40,841 bases of DNA from NCBI GenBank assembly GCA_034189535.1, contig JAXHUQ010000003.1:1-40841 (forward strand), given 5' to 3'. Below are positions 26,678 through 36,474 of the stretch, in pieces (the stretch's first letter is position 1; every line of letters begins with the position of its first letter). The translations under genes and the position numbers were made by a program. Source of the stretch: Halobacteriota archaeon (GTDB lineage Archaea > Halobacteriota > Syntropharchaeia > DAOWMC01). A model generated the notes under the pieces. It was not told the origin of the DNA and did not search any database. It worked only from the letters and a program-made list of their open reading frames with translations.

Positions 26678-27172
26678 CTAATCATTCCTTAGGAGTCTGA
26701 AAGCTTCGAGGAATGCAGGCAGATCCGTAGCAGTTGTTTTTTCTGTCATCTTCGGCGACGAGATCATCTCCGGTTTACTTGTAGGTGATTGAACAGTCTT
26801 GGTCTCGAATGTAAACCTTCTTTGTGTTGTGGTAGATTTGGGTGTTACCTCCTCTTCCACTCTTTTCTGTTTCTCCCTCTTCACATTCTCATCATAACTT
26901 TCTCCGACGCTCTTTTCTACAAGACCTGAAGAGATGCTCATCAGCTTCTTCTTGACCCCGTCCTCCTTTCCGCGTTCGTAGAACTCTTTTACTTTATCTT
27001 CGAATCCATATTCGGAAGCAACATTGTAGATCTTATCATACCGTTCAAGGACCCAACCCATCTCATAGTGTTTGTGATATCCCACATCCACCCCAAGCTC
27101 ATAGACCTTCTTAATGACTCTTCTCTTCTGCGCAACTGTTGCGACTTTTGTCTTCTTTTTTGAAGATGGCAT
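26678..27172 (-). CDS. Hypothetical protein downstream of the KaiC-like ATPase
   Basis: 164-aa ORF with helical N-terminal domain (YELGVDVGY...YERGKEDG) and low-complexity T/P/S tail. Confidence 0.75.
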   Translation of the reverse strand: MPSSKKKTKVATVAQKRRVIKKVYELGVDVGYHKHYEMGWVLERYDKIYNVASEYGFEDKVKEFYERGKEDGVKKKLMSISSGLVEKSVGESYDENVKREKQKRVEEEVTPKSTTTQRRFTFETKTVQSPTSKPEMISSPKMTEKTTATDLPAFLEAFRLLRND

Positions 27173-27210
27173 GATTAATTTCCTTTCATTTACCCAAACG
27201 ATTATAACAG

Positions 27211-27945
27211 TCAGCTTTCGTCAATTATCATGATCCCATCATCGGTAAATTTGATCTTTTTCATATTACAGTTGTGTCTGGTTCCACGCATTTTAACTAT
27301 CTGGACTGCTCGTGTCATACCATTCGTCTTGGGGTCAAAGTAATTATGTAGAAAAATAACTCCATGGCAGGCGAAGTGTTCTATTGTATAGGCGGAAGGA
27401 TTTGTCATCTCAGAAAGCAGTATTGTTGTACATCCGAGATTCTTGAGATTTCTTATGAACCTGCTCACCGACTTCTCCTGTCTTGCCGTATCATCGGTAG
27501 TAAAACGTATCGCCGAAGATGAATCCAGGACCACTCTCTTCACATTCTCTTTCTCAACACATTCACGTATCTTCTCGTAAACCATCCTTGGAGATGGCGC
27601 ATCAGTCTCAGCCTCGCGGTTGGCCATAGCCATATTCCTTGGGTCTTCAAAGAAACCATACTCTCTTGTTGGACCAAGGTCGAGGAATAAGACCTTTTTA
27701 AGCTTCACGAGCCCCTCTATATCAAAGCGATAGTTTGACATATCCATCGTGATAGAGTCAACCGGTTCGTTCATTGTTATGAATATACCCTTCTGTCCGA
27801 TAGAGGCACCACTGACGAGAAATTGAACTCCAAAAGTGGTCTTTCCAGATCCTGGAGGGCCACATAAAGTGTAGACGCGTCCTGAAATCAAGCCACCCTG
27901 AATCAATTCATCAAAACCGCTTACCCCGGTTGGTTCTCTCTGCAT
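27211..27945 (-). CDS. KaiC/RAD55-like RecA-fold ATPase (single domain)
   Basis: PTGVSGFDELIQGG, GPPGSGKT, RVVLDS and KMRGT; start chosen after GGAGGGGGAG RBS. Confidence 0.9.
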   Translation of the reverse strand: MQREPTGVSGFDELIQGGLISGRVYTLCGPPGSGKTTFGVQFLVSGASIGQKGIFITMNEPVDSITMDMSNYRFDIEGLVKLKKVLFLDLGPTREYGFFEDPRNMAMANREAETDAPSPRMVYEKIRECVEKENVKRVVLDSSSAIRFTTDDTARQEKSVSRFIRNLKNLGCTTILLSEMTNPSAYTIEHFACHGVIFLHNYFDPKTNGMTRAVQIVKMRGTRHNCNMKKIKFTDDGIMIIDES

Positions 27946-28098
27946 AATCTCCCCCTCCAAGACTAATTCAGATACAAATTGGCCAAACCCAAAAGAATAA
28001 CGGGCCAATAATAACTCCTATCCCAATATTATAAATATTTTTCCCCAGAACGGGTAAACTTATAAAAAGGTGCCGGCCAATATAGCTTCAGAGACTAG

Positions 28099-29814
28099 AT
28101 GATCAAGAACGAAGATGTAGTCCATATATTGGACGAAATTGCCGATATCTTAGAACTGAAAGGTGAGAACAAATTCCAGATAAATGCTTTCAGAAAGGCT
28201 GCAAGGACAATAGATGGACTTTTGGAGGATATCTCTGTTGTCGCAGAAGAAGAGAGGTTAAAAGAGCTTCCCGGGATAGGAGAGGGTATTGCAAAGAAGA
28301 TCATTGAGCTCTTGGAGGATGGTGAGCTTATGTACTACGAAGATCTGAAGAGATCAATACCCTCCGGACTTCTTGAAATGATTAAGATACAGGGATTGGG
28401 CCCAAACAAGGTTCGTAAGCTATACGAGGAGCTAGGTATCGAGGATATTGAGGCACTCAAAACCGCTGCTATGAATAAAAAACTTCGTGGTCTAACAGGG
28501 TTTGGAGCAAAGACCGAAGAGAATATAATAAAAGGTATAGAGCAATACAGAAAAAATATAGAACGCGTTCCTATCGGAATAGCGATGTTGTATGCAGAAT
28601 CGATCATTGCAAATCTCAAAGATCTGGAATCGGTATCTGAGATAACTTATGCCGGAAGTTTGAGGCGGATGAGAGAGACGATAGGAGATATTGATATACT
28701 TATCTCTTCTCAAGACTCAAGACCGGTTATTGATGCTTTCATTGGTCTGAAAGGAGTATCTAACGTACTTGCAAGAGGAGATACCAAGTCAAGCGTGATA
28801 ATGAATGGCATCCATGTGGATCTAAGAGTCATTAAACCGGATAGCTTCGGAGCTGCTTTGCAGTATTTTACAGGCTCCAAGGAACACAATGTAAGGCTTA
28901 GGGATCTCGCATTGAGGAGGGGGCTCAAGGTCAACGAGTATGGTGTCTATCAGGGTGAAGAAAAGATAGCGGGTGTTTCAGAAGAGGGGATATACCAAAG
29001 TATCGGATTGGGGTACATTCCACCTGAGTTAAGAGAGGATAAAGGAGAGATAGAGGCGGCATTAAGAGGAGACCTTCCGGATCTCATTGAGCTTGGGGAT
29101 ATTAAGGGCGACCTACATATACATTCGGACTATAGTGACGGAAAACGCAGCATTGAAGAGATGGCAAGAGCTGCGAAATCGAGGGGTTATGAGTACATTG
29201 TAATATCCGATCATTCGCCCGCCGTCACAATTGCTTCCGGGCCTTCAAGAGAAGACCTCAAAAAGCAGATTAAAATTATAAGGGATCTTAATAGAGATTT
29301 CGATGGATTCAGGATTTTTACATCGACCGAAGTGGATATCAGACCGGACAGTTCCCTTGATTTCGATGACGATATATTAGGTGAGCTTGAAATCGTTGTA
29401 GCGGCTGTCCACAGTAAGTTTTCAATGGATGAAGATAGCATGACGGATAGAATAATCTCTGCCATAAAAAACCCTAATGTTGATATATTGGCTCATCCGA
29501 CAGGTCGCCTCTTGGGGAGGCGTGATCCTTATAAAGTGAATATGAAGCGGGTAATCGATGTGGCGAAGAGGACTGATACTGTTCTCGAACTCAACGCAAG
29601 TCCGAGAAGACTCGACCTAAATGATATGCACTGTAAACAGGCTGTTGATGCCGGTATCAAGATAGCGATATCTACAGACTCTCATGACACATATCAGATG
29701 GCGTTTATGAAGTACGGTATCGGAACAGCAAGAAGGGCGTGGCTAAAGAAAGAGGACGTGGTAAATACTAGGTCTTTGGAAAGTTTAATAGATTTCTTTG
29801 AAATAGAAGGTTAA
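28099..29814 (+). CDS. polX: Family X DNA polymerase with PHP domain
   Basis: GSLRRMRETIGDIDIL, YFTGSKEHN, GDLHIHSDYSDG and TDSH. Confidence 0.95.
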   Translation: MIKNEDVVHILDEIADILELKGENKFQINAFRKAARTIDGLLEDISVVAEEERLKELPGIGEGIAKKIIELLEDGELMYYEDLKRSIPSGLLEMIKIQGLGPNKVRKLYEELGIEDIEALKTAAMNKKLRGLTGFGAKTEENIIKGIEQYRKNIERVPIGIAMLYAESIIANLKDLESVSEITYAGSLRRMRETIGDIDILISSQDSRPVIDAFIGLKGVSNVLARGDTKSSVIMNGIHVDLRVIKPDSFGAALQYFTGSKEHNVRLRDLALRRGLKVNEYGVYQGEEKIAGVSEEGIYQSIGLGYIPPELREDKGEIEAALRGDLPDLIELGDIKGDLHIHSDYSDGKRSIEEMARAAKSRGYEYIVISDHSPAVTIASGPSREDLKKQIKIIRDLNRDFDGFRIFTSTEVDIRPDSSLDFDDDILGELEIVVAAVHSKFSMDEDSMTDRIISAIKNPNVDILAHPTGRLLGRRDPYKVNMKRVIDVAKRTDTVLELNASPRRLDLNDMHCKQAVDAGIKIAISTDSHDTYQMAFMKYGIGTARRAWLKKEDVVNTRSLESLIDFFEIEG

Positions 29815-30059
29815 CAGTCGTTTTTTCCGCCTTTGTCCAGATTGTGTATCTCGTCTATCTTCTTTATCTGGTATACCTGCACTCTGTCACATGCTCTACC
29901 GGACACTCCATCTGTCATCCTTGATACTACCTGCTTTACAAGGTCAGGTTCATCCTCAGTATCCCACTCAATACACCTGGAACCATCCTGATCATCAACA
30001 AATCCCAGTATCACATAATCCCAGTCCAACAACTCAAATAGGAAAGACATTTTATCCAT
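29811..30059 (-). CDS. Small hypothetical protein
   Basis: 82-aa ORF with GAGGT RBS, downstream of mtd. Confidence 0.55.
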   Translation of the reverse strand: MDKMSFLFELLDWDYVILGFVDDQDGSRCIEWDTEDEPDLVKQVVSRMTDGVSGRACDRVQVYQIKKIDEIHNLDKGGKNDC

Positions 30060-30149
30060 CTTAAAAACCTCTGAGCCTTTTCATCAAATTAAAAATGAAT
30101 AGTTGGGACACGCTGATTACGAGTCCCTTAACCTCTTGAAATCTGCCCA

Positions 30150-30962
30150 CTACTTGGGTACATCCATAAGGTTAACTTTATTCAGAATTTCGCCGGATTT
30201 TGCATGCGGATTTCTTAGCACACTGTCAGAGTTCTTCTCGATCTCCCTTGCCTCATCTGCGAGCCTTGCGGATGCCCTAATCACCTCATGGGCTGCAGTT
30301 GCCATAGGTATGTACTTATCCTTATCCTTCATTATGAAGCAGGCCTGTACATCCATCTCTGCAACCTTCTCTGCTAAATTATACGCAGCAATAGCCTTTG
30401 CCTTTGCATAAGGATTCGAGAAACCTGCCCTTTCAACAGCCTTTGCAGCCGTGAGCACAATCCTTGGAACCTTAACCTCACCTTTTCCAACTTGGGAAAT
30501 AACCTTGTCTATCTCTTCCTGTACAAGTCTCAAAGCTCCGGTTGATGCAAGTGTCTTTACCACATCAGCATTGAAGAGCGCCATCTCGGTCGGATCCAAA
30601 AATTCTCTTCTTGCACCGATCATCGGATCGCCAGTTATGATTATGTATCCATATCCTGCCCCTTCCAGTTCTTCCTTTGCCTTCTTGGAAGGGAGATCAG
30701 AGATAACGATGCAGGGTTTATCCTTAGTGAGTTCACGCGCCGCCTTTGGACCCGGAAGGGCCGCATTTGGACTTATAACAATGACCACGTCCGGATCCCA
30801 TTCCATGAGTTTCTCAGCGTAAGGTGCTTCATCAGTTCCCATCTTCGCACCGGTTCCAACAGTTCTAACTTCAATATCCCTGTCCGCCCTTTCGTCCAGC
30901 AATAAGTCGACAACTATTGATGTTCCCAGGTTTCCGATCTTAATAAAGCCTACTTTGACCAT
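30150..30962 (-). CDS. mtd: F420-dependent methylene-H4MPT dehydrogenase
   Basis: KIGNLGTS, LLDERADR, SPNAALPGP and DPMIGARREFLDPTEMALFNAD. Confidence 0.96.
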   Translation of the reverse strand: MVKVGFIKIGNLGTSIVVDLLLDERADRDIEVRTVGTGAKMGTDEAPYAEKLMEWDPDVVIVISPNAALPGPKAARELTKDKPCIVISDLPSKKAKEELEGAGYGYIIITGDPMIGARREFLDPTEMALFNADVVKTLASTGALRLVQEEIDKVISQVGKGEVKVPRIVLTAAKAVERAGFSNPYAKAKAIAAYNLAEKVAEMDVQACFIMKDKDKYIPMATAAHEVIRASARLADEAREIEKNSDSVLRNPHAKSGEILNKVNLMDVPK

Positions 30963-30989
30963 TCAAACCACAAGTCTGAATGTTCGGTA

Positions 30990-31007
30990 GATTATAAAAC
31001 TTTTTGG
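30990..31007 (-). promoter_or_regulatory. BRE/TATA promoter of mtd
   Basis: CCAAAAAGTTTTATAAT on the minus strand, about 30 bp before ATG. Confidence 0.55.
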
Positions 31008-31181
31008 ATTCGGTGCTTTTATGTATGATACAAAAAATGAAGATTTGGCAGCGTTATGATGGTCTTATTATTACGTATTATTAGGGGTACATATCGCATT
31101 TTGGCCACTTACAATTGAAAAAATATATAGTCTAATATAATCAAGGGGGGATACTATAAATCAAATTACTCGACACTTCAT

Positions 31182-31724
31182 ATGTTAAACGTCGCAAATT
31201 CTCATGGTTTGGATCTCGCAGAAGTGAATGAAGATCTGTATGCAGTAAAGATGGGTAACGATAATTCAAGCCTGATCTGTACTTATGGGAGGATTAAGAT
31301 CTGGTTCGGAAGAAAAGCAAGTAAAGAACTGATACGGGATATCCTACTTGGTATCTCCAAAGTTGACTCTTGTATTGAGTTTGAATTTGAGACAATATGC
31401 GGGTTTGACACAATCCAACATTATGAGAATGTAGGATTCAAGCTTCTCTCTTACGCAAAATATGCTCCTTCAGGAATCTATCCCCCCCCTATTGCCAAGA
31501 CCCCCAACCTGTACAAGGCCATATTCAACGTACCTTTTTCAAGGGAGGAAGCCTTACATCGCCTTGTAGATTTTCTCATGGAGAGATTGCACAGTAAAAA
31601 TATAAATAGCAACTTGCATTGGAGTGGGAATGATACCAAGATAAGGATGCTATATAACGAGTTTAAGGAATTTGAAAGATGGAAGGTGGAAGAGATACAC
31701 CTAAAAAGTCAGTTGAAAAAATGA
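31182..31724 (+). CDS. Hypothetical protein upstream of hxlB
   Basis: 180-aa ORF ending 1 nt before the hxlB frame; no recognised motif. Confidence 0.65.
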   Translation: MLNVANSHGLDLAEVNEDLYAVKMGNDNSSLICTYGRIKIWFGRKASKELIRDILLGISKVDSCIEFEFETICGFDTIQHYENVGFKLLSYAKYAPSGIYPPPIAKTPNLYKAIFNVPFSREEALHRLVDFLMERLHSKNINSNLHWSGNDTKIRMLYNEFKEFERWKVEEIHLKSQLKK

Positions 31725-31725
31725 G

Positions 31726-32358
31726 GTGATTATAACAATGTCTGAAGAAAATCCAACGTGCAATTCAGTGATAACTTGCATACGTTCTATCGTCAATCAT
31801 ATAAGTGGGACTGCAGATCAATTGGACCAATCACGCATTGAAGACATTATTAAAAGATTGATGGAGACCGATAAGATCTTTGTAATGGGGGCAGGTAGAT
31901 CCGGGCTTGTTGCCAGGGCTTTTGCCATGAGACTTATGCATCTTGGATTTACCGTCTTTGTTGTCGGTGATTCAACCACTCCTGCAGTTGGAAAGGGAGA
32001 TATGGTGATGATCATATCCGGGTCAGGAGAGACATTTTCGATGTGTAGTCTTGCCAAAATAGCAAAGGACCTGGGAGCCGTACTTGTCGCTGTGACGTCC
32101 AATCCGGATTCCCCGCTTGGAAAGTTGGCAGATGTAATAGTTGTCGTTAAGGGGAGGACAAAATCCGATTCTGAACGGGATGAGGACTATCTTGAGAGGC
32201 AGATAAGAGGAGACTACAGGTCACTTGCTCTTGCGCCTCTGGGAACCATGTTCGAGATAACTTCACTCGTAGTCTTGGATGCCATCGTAGCCGGACTTAT
32301 GACTGTTATGGGCAAAAGTGAAGCGGATCTCAAGTCCCGTCACGCAACACTTGAATGA
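31726..32358 (+). CDS. hxlB: 6-phospho-3-hexuloisomerase
   Basis: GAGRSGLVARAFAMRLMHLG, SGSGET, PLGTMFE and RHATLE; true start may be 31738. Confidence 0.93.
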   Translation: MIITMSEENPTCNSVITCIRSIVNHISGTADQLDQSRIEDIIKRLMETDKIFVMGAGRSGLVARAFAMRLMHLGFTVFVVGDSTTPAVGKGDMVMIISGSGETFSMCSLAKIAKDLGAVLVAVTSNPDSPLGKLADVIVVVKGRTKSDSERDEDYLERQIRGDYRSLALAPLGTMFEITSLVVLDAIVAGLMTVMGKSEADLKSRHATLE

Positions 32359-32369
32359 TCGCCGTACAC

Positions 32370-32385
32370 TAAAAGGTTAAGTAGT
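32370..32385 (+). promoter_or_regulatory. BRE/TATA promoter of the first archaellin
   Basis: AAAAGGTTAAGTA upstream of a GGGGGG RBS and ATG 32422. Confidence 0.55.
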
Positions 32386-32421
32386 ATAAAGTGATATGTT
32401 TACATATAAGGGGGGACGGAT

Positions 32422-33054
32422 ATGGTTAAAGCTAATCGTAGATTGTCATTGTCCCAAGATGAGGCACAGATGGGTATCGGTACATTGATCATATTTATTG
32501 CTATGGTCCTTGTTGCGGCTGTTGCGGCAGCTGTTCTGATACAGACAAGCGGTGTCCTTCAGCAGAGGGCAACCGAGACAGGAAAAGAGGCGACAGCCGA
32601 GGTATCATCAAACATTGGCGTCGAGACGATCATAGGAGAACGGCTTACGGCAAGTTCAGCCAATCTTCAGATGTTAAATATCTCAATCAAGGTTATGGCG
32701 GGAGCTGGCGATATTGATATATCTCAGATGAGAGTTGTAATCCAGAACGAGACAACACGTAAAGACAATATACAGCTAAATACGTCATCAAGTACCACCG
32801 CAGACGCAACTCATTTTGCAGTTATTGTGTATAGGGATGTGGATGACTCATACAATGCTAGCTCTGGTAATTACGTTATAAATAGTGGAGATCTGATTGA
32901 AATAGATGTTAATTTAACGGCAATAGGTACCAACATTCCTGCAAGGGAACCATTGAGAATCGAACTGATTCCGGAGCATGGGGCAGCAGTGATAAAGGAA
33001 CTTACAATGCCTGCATCATACGGTGTAGACATCTTCATACCGGTGTTCCCGTGA
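32422..33054 (+). CDS. flaB: Archaellin
   Basis: Class III signal, then QMGIGTLIIFIAMVLVAAVAAAVLIQTSGVLQQRA. Confidence 0.93.
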   Translation: MVKANRRLSLSQDEAQMGIGTLIIFIAMVLVAAVAAAVLIQTSGVLQQRATETGKEATAEVSSNIGVETIIGERLTASSANLQMLNISIKVMAGAGDIDISQMRVVIQNETTRKDNIQLNTSSSTTADATHFAVIVYRDVDDSYNASSGNYVINSGDLIEIDVNLTAIGTNIPAREPLRIELIPEHGAAVIKELTMPASYGVDIFIPVFP

Positions 33055-33114
33055 TACGGGACGGAGGTTTCACAGTTTTGTTTCATTATCATTATTATAA
33101 CTTCAAGATAAAAA

Positions 33115-33723
33115 ATGAGGGCTAACAGGAAGGCTACGATTCACTGTGCTGAAGATGCACAGATGGGTATAGGTACACTCATTATATTTATATCCATGGT
33201 CCTTGTCTCTGCCGTTGCCGCTGCAGTATTGATTTCCACATCCGGCATTCTCCAGGAACGTGCAACCGACACCGGCAAAGAGGCGACCGAAAGTGTTGCA
33301 ACAAATCTAAAGGTGGTTCAGACCAGTGGAAGTCGTCCAACAGCTTACAATCACACTCTTGAAGATATCTCTATGAGGATTACTGTTAGCGCAGGGAGCA
33401 GACAGATAGATCTGAGCCAGGTTGCAATAAACATAATAGACGGAATCACTTCAGTGGATCTTACTTATAGTAACAGCACCGCTAACGCAACAAAATTCAA
33501 CATCACTGTTTTACGTGATGAAGACGGCTCATTCAGTGCCCAGTACCCAATTATAAATTCAGGTGATCTCGTAGAAGTCTTAATTGATGCAGATGCTGCC
33601 GGTCTTGTCATCGATCCAAGGACAAATGTTCAGATGTTCATAGTACCTGAGATCGGTAATCCTGTCCTTCACAAATTCAGAACTCCAAGCTCTTATGGCC
33701 TCAATCTACAGATATCACTTTAA
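33115..33723 (+). CDS. flaB: Archaellin, second paralogue
   Basis: QMGIGTLIIFISMVLVSAVAAAVLISTSGILQERA. Confidence 0.93.
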   Translation: MRANRKATIHCAEDAQMGIGTLIIFISMVLVSAVAAAVLISTSGILQERATDTGKEATESVATNLKVVQTSGSRPTAYNHTLEDISMRITVSAGSRQIDLSQVAINIIDGITSVDLTYSNSTANATKFNITVLRDEDGSFSAQYPIINSGDLVEVLIDADAAGLVIDPRTNVQMFIVPEIGNPVLHKFRTPSSYGLNLQISL

Positions 33724-33748
33724 ACATAGTCCATTCTATTGAGATGGT

Positions 33749-34351
33749 ATCATCACACAAAATTATTTCAAGAAGGGAATACGCGCGATCGGTGTTGCCG
33801 AAAGCTTCGTAAAAGGCATACCATTATCCACACTTGTTGGAGTCGTTATGAGAGGAGATTTTTACATAGATGGTATCTCAGTGGGTTCGGCTACTGTTGG
33901 TGGTATGGATGCTACTGATGGAGTAATAAAGCTCTTCAAAGGGCTGGATAGAGAAGATGTGAATTTTATATTGTTGAATGGTTCCGTGATAAGCTGGTTC
34001 AACATAATCGATCTGAAGTACCTAGCAGACCGACTAAAAATACCTGTAATCTCGATAACCTATGAGGAATCAGATGGTCTTGAAGATAATATAATAGGGC
34101 TGTTCGATGATTGGGAAGACCGACTGAAGTTATATAGACAGTTGGGCGATCGTAAAAGGGTGATGCTGTCCACCGGATATGATGTCTTTGTTAGATCTCA
34201 TGGTTTGAACGATAATGGCGAGAGGCTACTTCTGGATAGATTTACTATACATGGTAAGGTCCCCGAACCGCTAAGGGTTGCAAAACTTATTGCGCGAGCC
34301 GTTTTAAGAAGCGATAAAGCCCATCATAGAAAGGTTTATCAGTCCTTTTGA
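33749..34351 (+). CDS. DUF99 (endonuclease V-like) protein; start uncertain
   Basis: KKGIRAIGVAESF lies in frame upstream of the track start; VGGMDAT, SWFNIID and PEPLRVAKLIA. Confidence 0.8.
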   Translation: MITQNYFKKGIRAIGVAESFVKGIPLSTLVGVVMRGDFYIDGISVGSATVGGMDATDGVIKLFKGLDREDVNFILLNGSVISWFNIIDLKYLADRLKIPVISITYEESDGLEDNIIGLFDDWEDRLKLYRQLGDRKRVMLSTGYDVFVRSHGLNDNGERLLLDRFTIHGKVPEPLRVAKLIARAVLRSDKAHHRKVYQSF

Positions 34352-34393
34352 CGATCAGGATAATACATATGGTAATATAATTGGAGGGGAGAG

Positions 34394-35773
34394 TTGAACA
34401 GTTATACCGCAGCACTACTTATCTTTGTAATTTATTGGATATTGGTGGAGCTGCTCAATAGAAAAGGCATCCTTAAACGGCATGATGTGACAGCCTATGG
34501 CCCAATAATAATGATCAGAACGCAGTTGGGACAAGATCTCTTAAGCTCTGCCTCAAGGGCAAAGAGATTCTGGAGGGCGTTTGCGAATGCAGGAGTCCCT
34601 TTAATGTTGGCAAGTATGGTTTCTATGTTCCTATTATTCCTCTTCAACACGTTCTTTTTATTGATGCAGTATGTACGTTTCGAGGAGTTGCCACCTGCAG
34701 AACTTGCCGACCCCAGGAACATGTTGATCTTGCCAGGTGTAAATCCAATGCTACCACTTTCGTGGGGCGTCTGGATACTCGTAGGAATGGTTGTCACAAT
34801 AATCGTCCATGAGCTTGCACATGGTATACTCTGCAAGGTGGAAGGTGTAAGGGTAAAATCGATGGGTGTAATACTTGCCCTTATTCCAATCGGTGCGTTT
34901 GCAGAGCCGGATGAGTCTCAACTCTTCGGAGGGGAGAAAGACTCTACCGAAAAGCCTGATAAAATCGCAACAAGGGGTGAAAGGATAAGAATCCTTGCCG
35001 CCGGCGTCATGAGTAACTTTGTCGTTGCATTCATCGCATATATTATGTTCTTCGGGCTTTTAACGACATCTATTGCCCCTGTTATCGATGGAGTTCCCAT
35101 CATGAGTGTTGAAGATGGGTATCCTGCAGAACTTGCCGGTGTAAAAGAGGGGATGGTGATTACTGCCATAGATGGCGCCGAGGTTAGGACGCTACAGGAT
35201 TTTGCAGACTCACTAAGATATGTAGAACCTGGGCAGATAGTGAGGCTTGAGGTGAACTCAAAAGAGACTTTTGATATCGAACTTGCAGTGTCGCCACACA
35301 ACTCGTCTCGTGGGATCATGGGCGTTAGCTCCAGACCAGGAACAGGAGAATTTCTCAGCTTCTTGCAAGAGACTCCAAGCAAGCTTACATCTTTAGAGGG
35401 GTTGGTTGTGATAACCGGACTTCCGATCATCTACGGCTTCGGCGGATTCGATAGCACATATATTGAATTATACAAGCCTATAGGAATCGCTGCTAGCATG
35501 GGAAATACGATATTCTGGGTAGTAAATTCACTTCTTTGGATTGCTTTCATAAATCTGGCAGCAGCAATTTTTAACTCTCTACCCGCTGTTCCTCTGGATG
35601 GTGGTCATGTCTTCAGGGAACTGCTCAACTCCGCTGTCGGTTATTTCGTTAAAGATGATCAAAGAAGAGAGAGAATCTCAAATCTTATGACAAACTCACT
35701 GGCACTTACTATCCTCTTCTTTATACTCTTCCCTTTCCTCTTGCGACTCGTTACTACTGCACTTGCGATTTAA
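34394..35773 (+). CDS. Site-2 protease (M50) with PDZ domain
   Basis: HELAH, GAFAEPDE and NSLPAVPLDGG; PDZ segment PAELAGVKEGMVITAIDG. Confidence 0.93.
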   Translation: MNSYTAALLIFVIYWILVELLNRKGILKRHDVTAYGPIIMIRTQLGQDLLSSASRAKRFWRAFANAGVPLMLASMVSMFLLFLFNTFFLLMQYVRFEELPPAELADPRNMLILPGVNPMLPLSWGVWILVGMVVTIIVHELAHGILCKVEGVRVKSMGVILALIPIGAFAEPDESQLFGGEKDSTEKPDKIATRGERIRILAAGVMSNFVVAFIAYIMFFGLLTTSIAPVIDGVPIMSVEDGYPAELAGVKEGMVITAIDGAEVRTLQDFADSLRYVEPGQIVRLEVNSKETFDIELAVSPHNSSRGIMGVSSRPGTGEFLSFLQETPSKLTSLEGLVVITGLPIIYGFGGFDSTYIELYKPIGIAASMGNTIFWVVNSLLWIAFINLAAAIFNSLPAVPLDGGHVFRELLNSAVGYFVKDDQRRERISNLMTNSLALTILFFILFPFLLRLVTTALAI

Positions 35774-36474
35774 TTTGAAGCTTTGCAGAACTCAACGATC
35801 TCGCGACCCTCGATGAATACGAATCCGTTATCTGATGCATACTTCTTGGCATCTTCTTTTGTTAGGGCTTTTCCGGTATTCTCATCGAGCATCTCGCATA
35901 TTGCGACAGCAGGGGTTATATCGGCCAATAATGCAAGCACAATGGATAGCTCTGTCTGACCCCTCCGTTCATCCAGAAGACCATCTGCAGCCCTCAGGAG
36001 TGCTACATGTCCGGGAGATCTGAACTCGCTTCCAAAGTCAACCTCCTCGCCGTTTCTTACCTTCTCAGTTATTTTACCAAGCTCGTTTATCGTTAATGCA
36101 CGGTCATTGTCAGTGATTCCTGTATATGTTTTTCTATGGTTAACCCATAGTGAGAATGATGATTTTCTATCGTAAGGGATATCGCCACTCTTCTCAACTA
36201 CCGATTTGATGGTGGCAAAACCATTATTAGAGGTGCTTCTGAGGAGGTCTGAAATAAATGGCAGCCCAAGCTTTTTTGCTGCATCAGGGTGAAGTGCGAC
36301 ACATAATAGTCCGCCACCATCAGATCTGAATCGTGCAACATCCTTTGGCGTCATGCTCGTAACAGGAATAGCAAGATCAGTCTCACCTTCTCTATCATCC
36401 GCATCATATATTAGTACAATCTCCCCTCTCTTCATAGCCTCTACTGCATTCGAGACATTGTTATCTGTTGTCAT
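35770..36474 (-). CDS. ribB: 3,4-dihydroxy-2-butanone 4-phosphate synthase
   Basis: DADDREGETD, TGITDNDRALT, FRSPGHV, RRGQTE and CEMLD. Confidence 0.95.
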   Translation of the reverse strand: MTTDNNVSNAVEAMKRGEIVLIYDADDREGETDLAIPVTSMTPKDVARFRSDGGGLLCVALHPDAAKKLGLPFISDLLRSTSNNGFATIKSVVEKSGDIPYDRKSSFSLWVNHRKTYTGITDNDRALTINELGKITEKVRNGEEVDFGSEFRSPGHVALLRAADGLLDERRGQTELSIVLALLADITPAVAICEMLDENTGKALTKEDAKKYASDNGFVFIEGREIVEFCKASN

